From: an uncultured Candidatus Rokubacteria bacterium
Lineage (GTDB): Bacteria > Methylomirabilota > Methylomirabilia > Rokubacteriales > DASRDR01
DNA: 64,000 nt
Direction: 5' to 3'
NCBI GenBank assembly: GCA_963826115.1
Contig: CAWGVS010000006.1
Coordinates: forward strand, 32,001 to 96,000
In this document: in pieces, positions 9,159 through 17,429 of the stretch
Numbering within the stretch: position 1 is the first letter of the stretch
Layout of the letters: every line of letters begins with the position of its first letter
Program-made: the position numbers and the translations under genes
The notes under the pieces: model-generated
Database searches by the model: none
What the model was told of the DNA's origin: nothing
Seen by the model: only the letters and a program-made list of their open reading frames with translations

Positions 9159-10655
9159 ATGCCGATCCGTTTCCTCCCGAACGACCCGTTCGCGCTCGCG
9201 CTCGTTCCGCCACGAGAGCAGCCGCCTCGACCGGATCCAAATGTCCGGCAGGTCGGCTTCAGCTACACCGCGGCGATCCCGGAAGCGGTCTATCCGGTCG
9301 ACAGCGCCGAGTTTCGATTCTGGCAGTGTCGAGAAGCCGCCTTGGCCACGCTCGAGGCCTGGGCGGCGCTGGCGCCGCCGCTCCAGGCCTGGCAGAACGG
9401 CCAGCGGCTGCTTCCGCTGGTGCACGACGCCGGACGAGGGCTCAACGCCCACTACGACCGCGCGGCCGTGGCATTTTTCGGCTGGGAAACCGCCGCTCGG
9501 AGCACCTATCCGGCGGCCAGCACCGACGCGGTGGCGCACGAGGTCGGGCATGCGCTCCTCGACGCCGCCCGCCCCGAGCTGTGGGCGAGCGTGTATCCGG
9601 AGCCGGCCGCGTTTCACGAAGCCTTCGCGGATTGCATGGCCCTACTCGTGAGTCTCTTCGACGCGGGGCCGCGTCAGGCTCTGCTCCAGGGCGGTGGGCA
9701 TCTGCGAGTCGCGAACTTCCTCGAGACCCTGGCCGAGGACGTGGCCGAAGGCGTGCGACTCGAGAATCCCAATGACCCCCAGTCGCTGCCCCGCCGCGCC
9801 TTGAACACGCTCCAGTGGGAGATCCCGGTGACCCTGCCGCCGGCTGGCCTTCCCGCGGCTCTCACGTCGGAGCCGCACAGCTACAGCCGCATCTTCACCG
9901 GCTGCTTCTACGACGCCGTCTGCAACATCTTCGCGGGCCAGCCGGCTCAGGATGAACAGGGGCTTCTCGCGGCGGCGCAGACGGCGGGTCGGCTGCTGAT
10001 CGCCGGCGCTCAGGGCGCGCCTGAGGTCCCGCGTTTCTTCCAAGCCGTAGGCCGCGCCATGATGCTCGCCGACGAGACTGCGAGCGGGGGCGCCCATCAC
10101 GCGGCCATTCGCGACGCGTTCGCCGGTCACCAGATCGCGATCGGGAGCACGGTGATGCTGGCCCCGACGTCGGGGCTGGCCGGCCCCGCGCCCGCCGTGG
10201 ATGCGGCGACCGGGACGGCACGCCTTCCCGCCGTCGCCGTTCGCGATCTCCTGACGCGCATCGGCGCCCCGCGCGGCCGGCTGACCGTGACCGCCCACAA
10301 GGTCGGCGGCCAAGCCGTCGCCAAGGCCATCCATCGACGCGACATCGCCCTGGGGAAGCTCGATCGACGCCTCAAGGGAGTCGTCGTGCCCGCCGTCGAG
10401 TCTGTGCTCGTCGGTGCCAGCGCCGCACGAGCCGTCGTCTTGGGTCACCTGCCGAATGCGCACACGACCCTCGACGAGGTCCATCACTTCGTCGGAACGT
10501 TGCTGGAGCATGGCGCCATCGTCATGTCGACTGCCAAGCGCCCGAGGACACGGAAGACCGCGGCGCCCTACAGGGCACTCCTGCCGACTCACAGGCTCCA
10601 GACGCGCGGCAGCAAGAAGGTCCTCCAGCGCGTGCGTTTTTCGTGTGGCCCGTGA
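9159..10655 (+). CDS. Gluzincin metalloprotease (M4/M36-like)
   Basis: LNAHYDR, DAVAHEVGHALLD, AFHEAFAD and EPHSYS motifs. ATG 9159 follows GGAGG. No signal peptide visible. Confidence 0.85.
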   Translation: MPIRFLPNDPFALALVPPREQPPRPDPNVRQVGFSYTAAIPEAVYPVDSAEFRFWQCREAALATLEAWAALAPPLQAWQNGQRLLPLVHDAGRGLNAHYDRAAVAFFGWETAARSTYPAASTDAVAHEVGHALLDAARPELWASVYPEPAAFHEAFADCMALLVSLFDAGPRQALLQGGGHLRVANFLETLAEDVAEGVRLENPNDPQSLPRRALNTLQWEIPVTLPPAGLPAALTSEPHSYSRIFTGCFYDAVCNIFAGQPAQDEQGLLAAAQTAGRLLIAGAQGAPEVPRFFQAVGRAMMLADETASGGAHHAAIRDAFAGHQIAIGSTVMLAPTSGLAGPAPAVDAATGTARLPAVAVRDLLTRIGAPRGRLTVTAHKVGGQAVAKAIHRRDIALGKLDRRLKGVVVPAVESVLVGASAARAVVLGHLPNAHTTLDEVHHFVGTLLEHGAIVMSTAKRPRTRKTAAPYRALLPTHRLQTRGSKKVLQRVRFSCGP

Positions 10656-10795
10656 TCAGCCGACGGCATCCCGGGACCCGACCTAACCAGCGTGTTGTCG
10701 CGATGCGTGGCCCGCGCGCCGCCGAGACACGGCCCAGAAGGCGCCTTCGCTGAGCCAATCGACCGATCCCGTGGAGAGCCGAGGTACGCTCAGAA

Positions 10796-10900
10796 TCGGC
10801 GACCAATTGGCGCCGAGCTAGCCGAACTGCCCCGACCCGGGACGATCAGGGCCACCTGGCTCTTCGCTGAGATGTCGCTCGCTGACGTCGTCTGGGATCG
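10796..10900 (+). repeat. Degenerate upstream-arm remnant of the att-like repeat (no tRNA core)
   Basis: TCGGCGACCAATTGGCGCCGA..GCCGAACT matches the arm pair. GACGTCGTCTGGGATCG matches TACGTCGACTGAGATCG of copy 4. Confidence 0.5.
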
Positions 10901-10947
10901 CGCCGAAGCCCGACGCATTCGAGCACGCAATCAGCGGCCCCGTCAAT

Positions 10948-10977
10948 CCGAGACGCTACGGGCCGAGACGCTACGGG
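10948..10977. repeat. Perfect 15-bp tandem duplication
   Basis: CCGAGACGCTACGGG x2. Confidence 0.95.
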
Positions 10978-10984
10978 GACTTCA

Positions 10985-11872
10985 CTAGTGGTCGGCGGCA
11001 CGAGAGACGAGATCATGCCAGCTGCCGGAAGGCGTCCAGCCGAGTTCCCGGCGAGCGCGCTCATTGTCGTAGGGGCTGGCGCGTGGATTCTGACGGTAGA
11101 TCTCCGGTTTCCGGATCTCGGGAAGGGTGCCGTACACGTCGTGGAGATGATCGAGCGTCGGCCGTGGCTCGAACGTGTCGTCGGCTGTAATGAGGTAGGT
11201 GGCGAAGGCGGGGCCTGCCCGCTCGAGCGCCAGCCGGACCGCAAACGCGACGTCCCAAGGTGCGACGTACGAACGCAATAGCGGGATCGGCTCCGGGGGG
11301 TGAGCAGGATCGCCCGGAGACCCGAGACCATCCACCAGGCGTGCCACGATGTCCGGGAACATGATCCACGCGGGCCGAAGGCACGTGAAGGCCATCGGGC
11401 CGCGGCGGGCGAAGCTGTGCGCGATGTCTTCGCCGAGTTGCTTGCTGAGGCCGTAGGGCTGCGTGGGGCGGAGTGGGTGATCTTCGTCGATCGGGAGGTA
11501 CAAGGGCGGCCGGGTGGGGTTCGTGTGGTCGATCCCGAATGCCGAGACGCTGCTGCAGAGGACGACCCGCTGCACGCCATTCGACTGCGCTGCGTCGATC
11601 ACGTTCCAGGTGCCGCGGACGTTCGTCTCGAAGACGGTCGCCGGGGGGGCCGGGACCGACGCGTCAATCGCCGCCAGGTGAACGATCGCGTGCACACCCC
11701 GCAAGACGCGCTGGAGGTCCGGCAGATCGAGGATGTCGATGGGGAGGTCCGGCGCGATGTGGGTCTGGGCGAGGTCGAGAGTGGTCACGCGGTAGTGGGG
11801 CCGGAGCGCGGCGACGACGAACCGTCCGAGCCGCCCTGTCCCTCCGGTGACGAGCACGTGTTCGATCTGCAC
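10985..11872 (-). CDS. NAD-dependent epimerase/dehydratase (extended SDR)
   Basis: VLVTGGTGRLG, VHLAA, NVRGT and YGLSK motifs. GTG 11872 follows GGAG. Confidence 0.9.
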   Translation of the reverse strand: MQIEHVLVTGGTGRLGRFVVAALRPHYRVTTLDLAQTHIAPDLPIDILDLPDLQRVLRGVHAIVHLAAIDASVPAPPATVFETNVRGTWNVIDAAQSNGVQRVVLCSSVSAFGIDHTNPTRPPLYLPIDEDHPLRPTQPYGLSKQLGEDIAHSFARRGPMAFTCLRPAWIMFPDIVARLVDGLGSPGDPAHPPEPIPLLRSYVAPWDVAFAVRLALERAGPAFATYLITADDTFEPRPTLDHLHDVYGTLPEIRKPEIYRQNPRASPYDNERARRELGWTPSGSWHDLVSRAADH

Positions 11873-11997
11873 TGTGATCTCCGGCACGAGAGTATGTGGT
11901 GGGAGAACTCGGGCTCTCAATAACCAATGGCTCGAAGATATGGGCAGCGACAGCTTCGGGCAAGAGCATCGTCGATGGCAGTGGCGGGGGAGTTGTC

Positions 11998-12061
11998 TGT
12001 TCCATCACTTCCACGCCGCTCGTAGCACGCTCCGTTGAAGAGGCTACCCTTTGGCGACCAA
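11998..12061 (+). repeat. Degenerate downstream-arm remnant of the att-like repeat
   Basis: TTCCATCACTTCCACGCC matches the post-CCA TTCCAGCACTTCGACGAC of copy 1 at 15/18 positions. Followed by TTGGCGACCAA at 12051-12061. Confidence 0.5.
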
Positions 12062-12247
12062 CCTCTTGCGATTCCTACCGACCTCGTCCAGCCCCACCCC
12101 ACGACGGGCCGCTGCAGCGGACGAGCATGGCGGGCACGCCGAGCAGGTCCTGTGCTCAATCCTTGGGGCAATCCCGCGTCAATCGCGGACGCGTGGCCGG
12201 TCCGACTTGCCAACTTCGGCCAGCCAGCGCTCGATCGGGTCTCGACC

Positions 12248-13261
12248 TCAGCGCCCGCGTTGCATGGTCTTCTCCCAGAAGCGGATGGCGTCGGCCATCC
12301 ATCCTTGGGCACTCGTGCCTGTACCGAGCCCGAAGCCATGGCCGAGATTTACGAACTTGTGATACTCGACCAGCGTACCGGCCTTGCGAAGGGCCGCGAT
12401 CCGCCGCTCCATGCTCGACGCGGGCGCAATCACATCTTGGTCACCGACGACGACAAAGGTCGGAGGCTCATCGGACGAATAGTCTGAGTGAGCGGTGTAC
12501 GCCATCACGACGGCGGACGGTCTTGGAAGGTCGTCACCCCCAAACCCTAAAACACCCTGCGAAGCGATTGCAGCCGCCATCCTCGCGCCCGCCGAACTAC
12601 CCCACACCGAATAGTCCTTGGTGCTGACTCCGAGCGTACCTGCACTCCTGAAGATATAGGAGATGGCTGCCGCCATGTCCTCGGTGGCCGCCGCGCTGCC
12701 ATGGCCGGCCCGGTATTTCAGGACGAAGGCGTTGTATCCATTCCGGCTGATCTCCACTGCATGGGGGAAGCCTTCGTGGACGGAGCCCACGTAGGAGAAC
12801 CCGCCACCCGGGGCGACAACGGCAAACGGCGCTCCGGCCTTTCCGCGGAAGAAGAACAACCCCGTATGTTCTTTCGATGGCTCTGCCCGCTTCTGCGCCT
12901 CGGCGTAGAAATCAAAGAACATGGTCGTGCCCCTGTTCACATCGTCGATCATGTGATTCAAGGCACCCACCACGACGTCCGGACTCACATGGCTGTGATA
13001 CGGCAGCAGCGAGCCGATGTTGCTCAGCCGCGTGTCTTGATCATGGGCGCGATCGTCCCAGGGCAGTATCAACCGCCCATGACCTGCGAACGCCGGATGA
13101 TTCAGGACGTCCCGGATACGGCTGGCCACGCTCAGGTGGCCGTCGGTCACCATCTCACTCGCGACACCACGGGAGAGGACACCCTCGCTCTTTCCAGCCT
13201 CCGCAAGCGAAGCCATGGATAGCAGCGATAGCGCCCAGCCAGTGGTTCTGAGGAGATCCAT
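12248..13261 (-). CDS. Secreted alpha/beta hydrolase (esterase, BD-FAE-like)
   Basis: Signal peptide, PGGGF oxyanion motif, WGSSAG nucleophile, GDQD, GHGFG. Confidence 0.9.
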   Translation of the reverse strand: MDLLRTTGWALSLLSMASLAEAGKSEGVLSRGVASEMVTDGHLSVASRIRDVLNHPAFAGHGRLILPWDDRAHDQDTRLSNIGSLLPYHSHVSPDVVVGALNHMIDDVNRGTTMFFDFYAEAQKRAEPSKEHTGLFFFRGKAGAPFAVVAPGGGFSYVGSVHEGFPHAVEISRNGYNAFVLKYRAGHGSAAATEDMAAAISYIFRSAGTLGVSTKDYSVWGSSAGARMAAAIASQGVLGFGGDDLPRPSAVVMAYTAHSDYSSDEPPTFVVVGDQDVIAPASSMERRIAALRKAGTLVEYHKFVNLGHGFGLGTGTSAQGWMADAIRFWEKTMQRGR

Positions 13262-13570
13262 TCTCCTAATTGTGGACCCTTGTCCCGGCCGCCGCCAACG
13301 TGATGGCGGTGAACCTGCCTCGGTTGCTCGGTCGTGCGCGGCGGAACGCAGGCGATCCTCGCCACGGCCCTCGGGCTACGCCTCCCGGGGCGCCGGCCCG
13401 CCCTTTGACCGCCGCCGGAACCATAGCGCGGCTCCGCCGGGGCCGGTCAAAACGGCTGGAGCTCATGACCGCTTCCGCCTATACCGGACGAGGCGGGACT
13501 TGACTGATGTCCCCATCGAAGGCGGCGGGCCCGAGCGTCGCGAGGAGCCGTCGCACCGCGTGCGGGTCCG

Positions 13571-14674
13571 TCACCGCCCCCGGGATCCGGCGCGGGCCGC
13601 CGCGGCGCGCCGGCGGGAAGGGCGCGAGGCCTTGCCTGCGCGTCGTCCCCCAGCCGTAGCAAGTCTCTTCCGCGCCAGCGCGGCGCCCTCCGCCAGGGCT
13701 TTCAGCTTGGCGAGGGCGACCTCGCGCGCCATCGGCGCCATGCCGCAGTTGGTGCACGGGAACAGGTGCTTCGCCGGCACGTACTTCAGCGCCCGCCGGA
13801 TGGTCGCCGCGACCTCCTGCGGCGTTTCGACGTCGTCGGAGGCGACGTCGATCACCCCGACCAGCACGTCCTTGCCCTTGAGCAGTCCCAGCAGCTCGAC
13901 CGGCACCTTGGAGTGAATGCATTCCAGCGAGATCTGGTCGACCTTGCTCTTCGCCAGCGCCGGGAAGATCTCCTCGTACTGGCGCCATTCGCCGCCGAGG
14001 GTCTGTTTCCAGTCGAGGTTGGCCTTGATGCCGTAGCCGTAGCAGATGTGCACGACGGTCGTGCACTTGAGACCGGCGATCGCGCGGTGTACCGCGGCGA
14101 TGCCCCATTTCTTCACGTCTTCCATGTAGACGTTGAACGCCGGCTCGTCGAGCTGGATCACGTCGACGCCGTCCTTCTCCAGCGCGCGCGCCTCCTGGTT
14201 GAGCAGCTCGGCGAACGCCATCGCCAGCTTCACCTTGTCGCCGTAATGGCGATCGGCGATGGTGTCGACGATGGTCATCGGCCCCGGCATGGTGATCTTC
14301 ACCTTGTGCGTCGTGTTGCTGCGCAGCAGGGCGGCGTCCTTCTGGTGGACGCGCCCCTTCAGCCGCAGCGGCGCGACTACCACCGGCACCATGGCGTCGT
14401 AGCGGTTGTTGCGGATCCCCATCTTCACCTTGTGCTCGAAGTCGATGCCCTCGACGTACTCGAGGAAGCCGTGCACGAAGTGCTGCCGCGACTGCTCGCC
14501 GTCGGTGACGATGTCGATGCCGGCGACCTCCTGCTCCTTCAGCCAGAGCAGGGTGGCGTCGCGCTTGGCGCGCTCGAGCTCCTCGCCCGCGGTGCGCCAC
14601 GCCGGCCACAGCTTGTTGGTCTCGGCGAGCCAGCCGGGCTTCGGCAGACTTCCGGCGATGGTGGTTTCGAACAC
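13571..14674 (-). CDS. Cobalamin-independent core methionine synthase (MetE C-terminal domain only; MesD-like)
   Basis: AGSLPKP, TDGEQ.RQHF, QLDEPA, HICYGYG and CTNCGM zinc motifs. 367 aa, lacking the MetE N-terminal barrel. AGGAGG RBS. Confidence 0.9.
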   Translation of the reverse strand: MFETTIAGSLPKPGWLAETNKLWPAWRTAGEELERAKRDATLLWLKEQEVAGIDIVTDGEQSRQHFVHGFLEYVEGIDFEHKVKMGIRNNRYDAMVPVVVAPLRLKGRVHQKDAALLRSNTTHKVKITMPGPMTIVDTIADRHYGDKVKLAMAFAELLNQEARALEKDGVDVIQLDEPAFNVYMEDVKKWGIAAVHRAIAGLKCTTVVHICYGYGIKANLDWKQTLGGEWRQYEEIFPALAKSKVDQISLECIHSKVPVELLGLLKGKDVLVGVIDVASDDVETPQEVAATIRRALKYVPAKHLFPCTNCGMAPMAREVALAKLKALAEGAALARKRLATAGGRRAGKASRPSRRRAAAARAGSRGR

Positions 14675-14915
14675 GGTCGGTTTTCCTCCTGGCAGGATCC
14701 GACGGCCGAGCGGTACTGTGTCTCACTCTGGCGGCCGGCTTCGTCGCGCTGGCCTGCCTCGGGGCGCTGGAGTACAGCAACCGTCTCCGTCCGGAGCGGC
14801 GACGTCAGCGGACAGAATCCGCGTACGCGTCCTCTGCTTCGCACGGTCCCCGACTGGCTTGGTTCCCCGATCGTTGCCCGCGCCTTGCTGCTGGGAGTCG
14901 TCCCGGACGCTTCTT

Positions 14916-14954
14916 CGTCGGTGCGGGGCGCCGAGCTGACGCCCCGCACCGACG
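14916..14954. terminator. 15-bp perfect GC hairpin downstream of 14973..15392
   Basis: CGTCGGTGCGGGGCG-N9-CGCCCCGCACCGACG. No U-tract, so it may be a stabiliser rather than an intrinsic terminator. Confidence 0.5.
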
Positions 14955-14972
14955 CCCTTCCTGGGCTATGGG

Positions 14973-15392
14973 CTACTGGCTTGCGATGTTCCCGCAGAAA
15001 ACGTAGGTGTTGGCTTCCTGGGCCGACTTGTGGCCGTTGATGGCGAAGCCTTTCCGGAGATCGCCGATCTGCACGTCAATCACCGTCTCCGACTTGCCAT
15101 CGGTCAGCGTCGTGAGCCCGAAGGTCGGCTTGGGATCGATTTGCGCGCACGTCCCCTTGTGGACGTGCAGCGGCTGACCGACGCCCGCCGGCGCGCCCTT
15201 GATGTTGACGACGACCTTGGTCTTCGTCCCCGCCGCCTCCTCGCTGAGCACGGCGGTTCCCGACTCACCCGAGCTGTTCAGCGGCCCCAGCTGGACCGTG
15301 ATGGGCTCCGCCGCATTGGCCACTCCCGCTCCAACGAGTGCCAGGACGCCGACCGCTACCAGTGTCGAACCGAATGATCGAAGCATCGTCAC
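14973..15392 (-). CDS. Small secreted protein, CHRD/Cu-Zn-SOD-like
   Basis: Signal peptide ending ANA. SGESGTA, QPLHVHKGTC, INGHKS and CGNI motifs. GGAGG RBS. Confidence 0.75.
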   Translation of the reverse strand: MTMLRSFGSTLVAVGVLALVGAGVANAAEPITVQLGPLNSSGESGTAVLSEEAAGTKTKVVVNIKGAPAGVGQPLHVHKGTCAQIDPKPTFGLTTLTDGKSETVIDVQIGDLRKGFAINGHKSAQEANTYVFCGNIASQ

Positions 15393-15639
15393 CTCCTGTG
15401 TTGTTCGACGGGACTGTCATCCCACCGACACTGGCCATGATCCCCCAGCCGTATCGCGCCCGCAAGGCCCATGTCCCTGGCCGGCGCGTCGACACCGAGC
15501 GGAAGGAGGCGGGTTCTTCGGAGCCGTCGGCCACGGGATGGATGAGCTGCCCGGGCGGCACGTCGCGAAGCGCGGCGATCGCCGGGCGGCGCTGGAGCCG
15601 ATTCCCCGGGGCGTCCGCCCGCTATCGGCGGGCGCGATC

Positions 15640-15824
15640 TAGTCTCGGGGCGTTCCGTCGAAAGCGGGCGGGGTCATGTCGACTCAGGTCGGCTGAGTAA
15701 CGCTGGGGTTCGGCATCCTCATCCGTTCGCAATCGACGGGTCATCGGTTCAAGTGGGATCGTCGGCTCCAGTCTTTCGACCACGTCCACGACGCCTCGGC
15801 CGCTGCAGCCCGATTGGTCCCCGA
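15640..15824 (+). mobile_element. att-like junction 3
   Basis: Core TTCGCAATCGACGGGTCATCGGTTCAAGTGGGATCGTCGGCTCCA at 15726-15770. Upstream ~85 bp closely match copy 4. Downstream GTCCACGACGCCT...ATTGGTCCCCGA matches copy 2. Confidence 0.78.
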
Positions 15825-15990
15825 TCGTCAGGTACGGGCACGTCCCGCGGAGCACGAGTGGTTGACGGCCGTTCGCTCCTGGATGGCTGCGAGCCATGAG
15901 GGCTCCGACTGCCTTGGACGACCGCAGGCGCGGTGGGCGGCAGGCACGTATAATGACGCCGTAGCTGTTGACCCAGATGAGGAGAGCGCA

Positions 15991-16950
15991 ATGAAGCGGT
16001 GGATCGTGATGATTGCCCTGACCAGCCTGACGGTTCTTCCGGCCCTTTGGGGCAGCGATGCGTGGGCGCGAGCGGGCGGCGGAGGCTCGAGCGGGAGCCG
16101 TGGATCGCGCAGCTATTCGGCGCCTTCCTCGCCGAGGGTTGCGCCGACGAGCCCGGCCCGCCCGAGTCCGGCGCCCCCGGCGGGCTTCCAGCAATCGCCG
16201 CAGCGGTCCGGCTGGGGGGCCGGCATCGGCGGGATGCTCGGCGGCCTCGTTCTGGGCGGCCTCATCGGTAGCCTCCTCTTCGGCGGCGCGGGGCAGATGA
16301 GCGGCGGCATCGGTCTTCTCGAGATCATGCTTGTCGCGGGGCTCGCCTACTTCGCGTTCTCATTCTTCCGCCGGCGCCAGGCCCTCACCGCGGCACCCGC
16401 GGGGTACGCCGATCCGGGCGCGATGGGCGCGGCCTGGCACCCCGAGCCCACGTCGCGGTCCACCGCGGTCCTCGAGACCCCGGCTCCGACCGCGGCGACT
16501 GATCTCGCCCGCGGCGTCGCGCACATCCGCCAGATGGACCCGGGCTTCGATCCGGCGCGCTTCGGCGAGCCGGCATCGGACGTGTTCTTCCGCGTTCAGG
16601 CGGCATGGATGGCCCGCGACGTGGGGAGCGTGCGTGCCGCGCTCACCGAGGAGATGCACGCGACGATGCAGGCCCAGTGTCACCAGCTTCGGGCACAGCG
16701 TCGCGTGAACCGGCTCGAGAACATCGCGGTGCGCTCCGTGGATGTCACCGAGGCCTGGCAGGAAGGCGGCCAGGACTTCGTGACGGTCTGCTTCCTCGCG
16801 AGCCTGCTAGACTTCACGACGGACGAAAGCGGGACCCAGTTGCTCGAGGGCAGCCGCACCGAGCCCGTCAAGTTCGAGGAGTACTGGACCTTTGCGCGTC
16901 CGGTGGGGTCCGGTCCCTGGCGGCTGTCGGCGATCCAGCAGCCCAGCTGA
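15991..16950 (+). CDS. Tim44 domain-containing protein
   Basis: Signal + ARAGGGGSSGSRGSRSYS, Gly-rich TM, DPGFD, FFRVQAAW, NRLENIAVR and KFEEYWTF motifs. GAGGAG RBS; TATAAT at 15949-15954. Confidence 0.92.
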   Translation: MKRWIVMIALTSLTVLPALWGSDAWARAGGGGSSGSRGSRSYSAPSSPRVAPTSPARPSPAPPAGFQQSPQRSGWGAGIGGMLGGLVLGGLIGSLLFGGAGQMSGGIGLLEIMLVAGLAYFAFSFFRRRQALTAAPAGYADPGAMGAAWHPEPTSRSTAVLETPAPTAATDLARGVAHIRQMDPGFDPARFGEPASDVFFRVQAAWMARDVGSVRAALTEEMHATMQAQCHQLRAQRRVNRLENIAVRSVDVTEAWQEGGQDFVTVCFLASLLDFTTDESGTQLLEGSRTEPVKFEEYWTFARPVGSGPWRLSAIQQPS

Positions 16951-17034
16951 GGCGGAGCGACCGCTACCGCTCGATTGCCTTCGGGGCGTTGCTGCCAGTG
17001 CTCACCGTCAGGGGCTTTTCCTCCGATGGCCATT

Positions 17035-17214
17035 CTGGCGACCGAGAGGTCACCTAGCCGGACGAACCACGAGAACCTGGCGGGACCTTCGTCTCGGAGT
17101 ACTCCGTCGAAAACAGGCGCGGTTACGTCGACTGAGATCGGCTGAGTAACGCCGGGTTCGGTATCCGCATCCGTTCGTAGTCGACAGGTCATCGGTTCAG
17201 CCCGATCGTCGCCT
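17035..17214 (+). mobile_element. att-like junction 4 (degenerate, rightmost)
   Basis: CTGGCGACCGA/GAGGTCACCTA at 17035-17056. Core TTCGTAGTCGACAGGTCATCGGTTCAGCCCGATCGTCGCCTC starts at 17174. No downstream arm motif seen. Confidence 0.72.
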
Positions 17215-17429
17215 CGCCCAGGCGAGTCGACCCAGGACACTGGGATTCGCGACCGGAGGGGAGCGATCGGCGCGCTCCTCAGAAGGACGCGATACACGGG
17301 ACACTCACCGCCCTAGTCCCCTGGGTGACGGTCAGGCGCGCTTCCGGCTCGGGCCCAGGGGCACCGCTGCCACCGAGCAGGCTCCAGCGGGAGCATGGCG
17401 GCACAAGCCGCCCGGCGCCGGGCGCGCGG

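Noticed and set aside
14675-14915. SAM/SAH/cobalamin riboswitch upstream of the methionine synthase
   Set aside because: No recognisable consensus by eye. An Rfam scan would be needed.
5133-17214. CRISPR array or classical integron attC array
   Set aside because: Spacing is kilobases and irregular, the repeats are tRNA-derived, there are no RYYYAAC/GTTRRRY attC ends, and no cas or intI gene is present.
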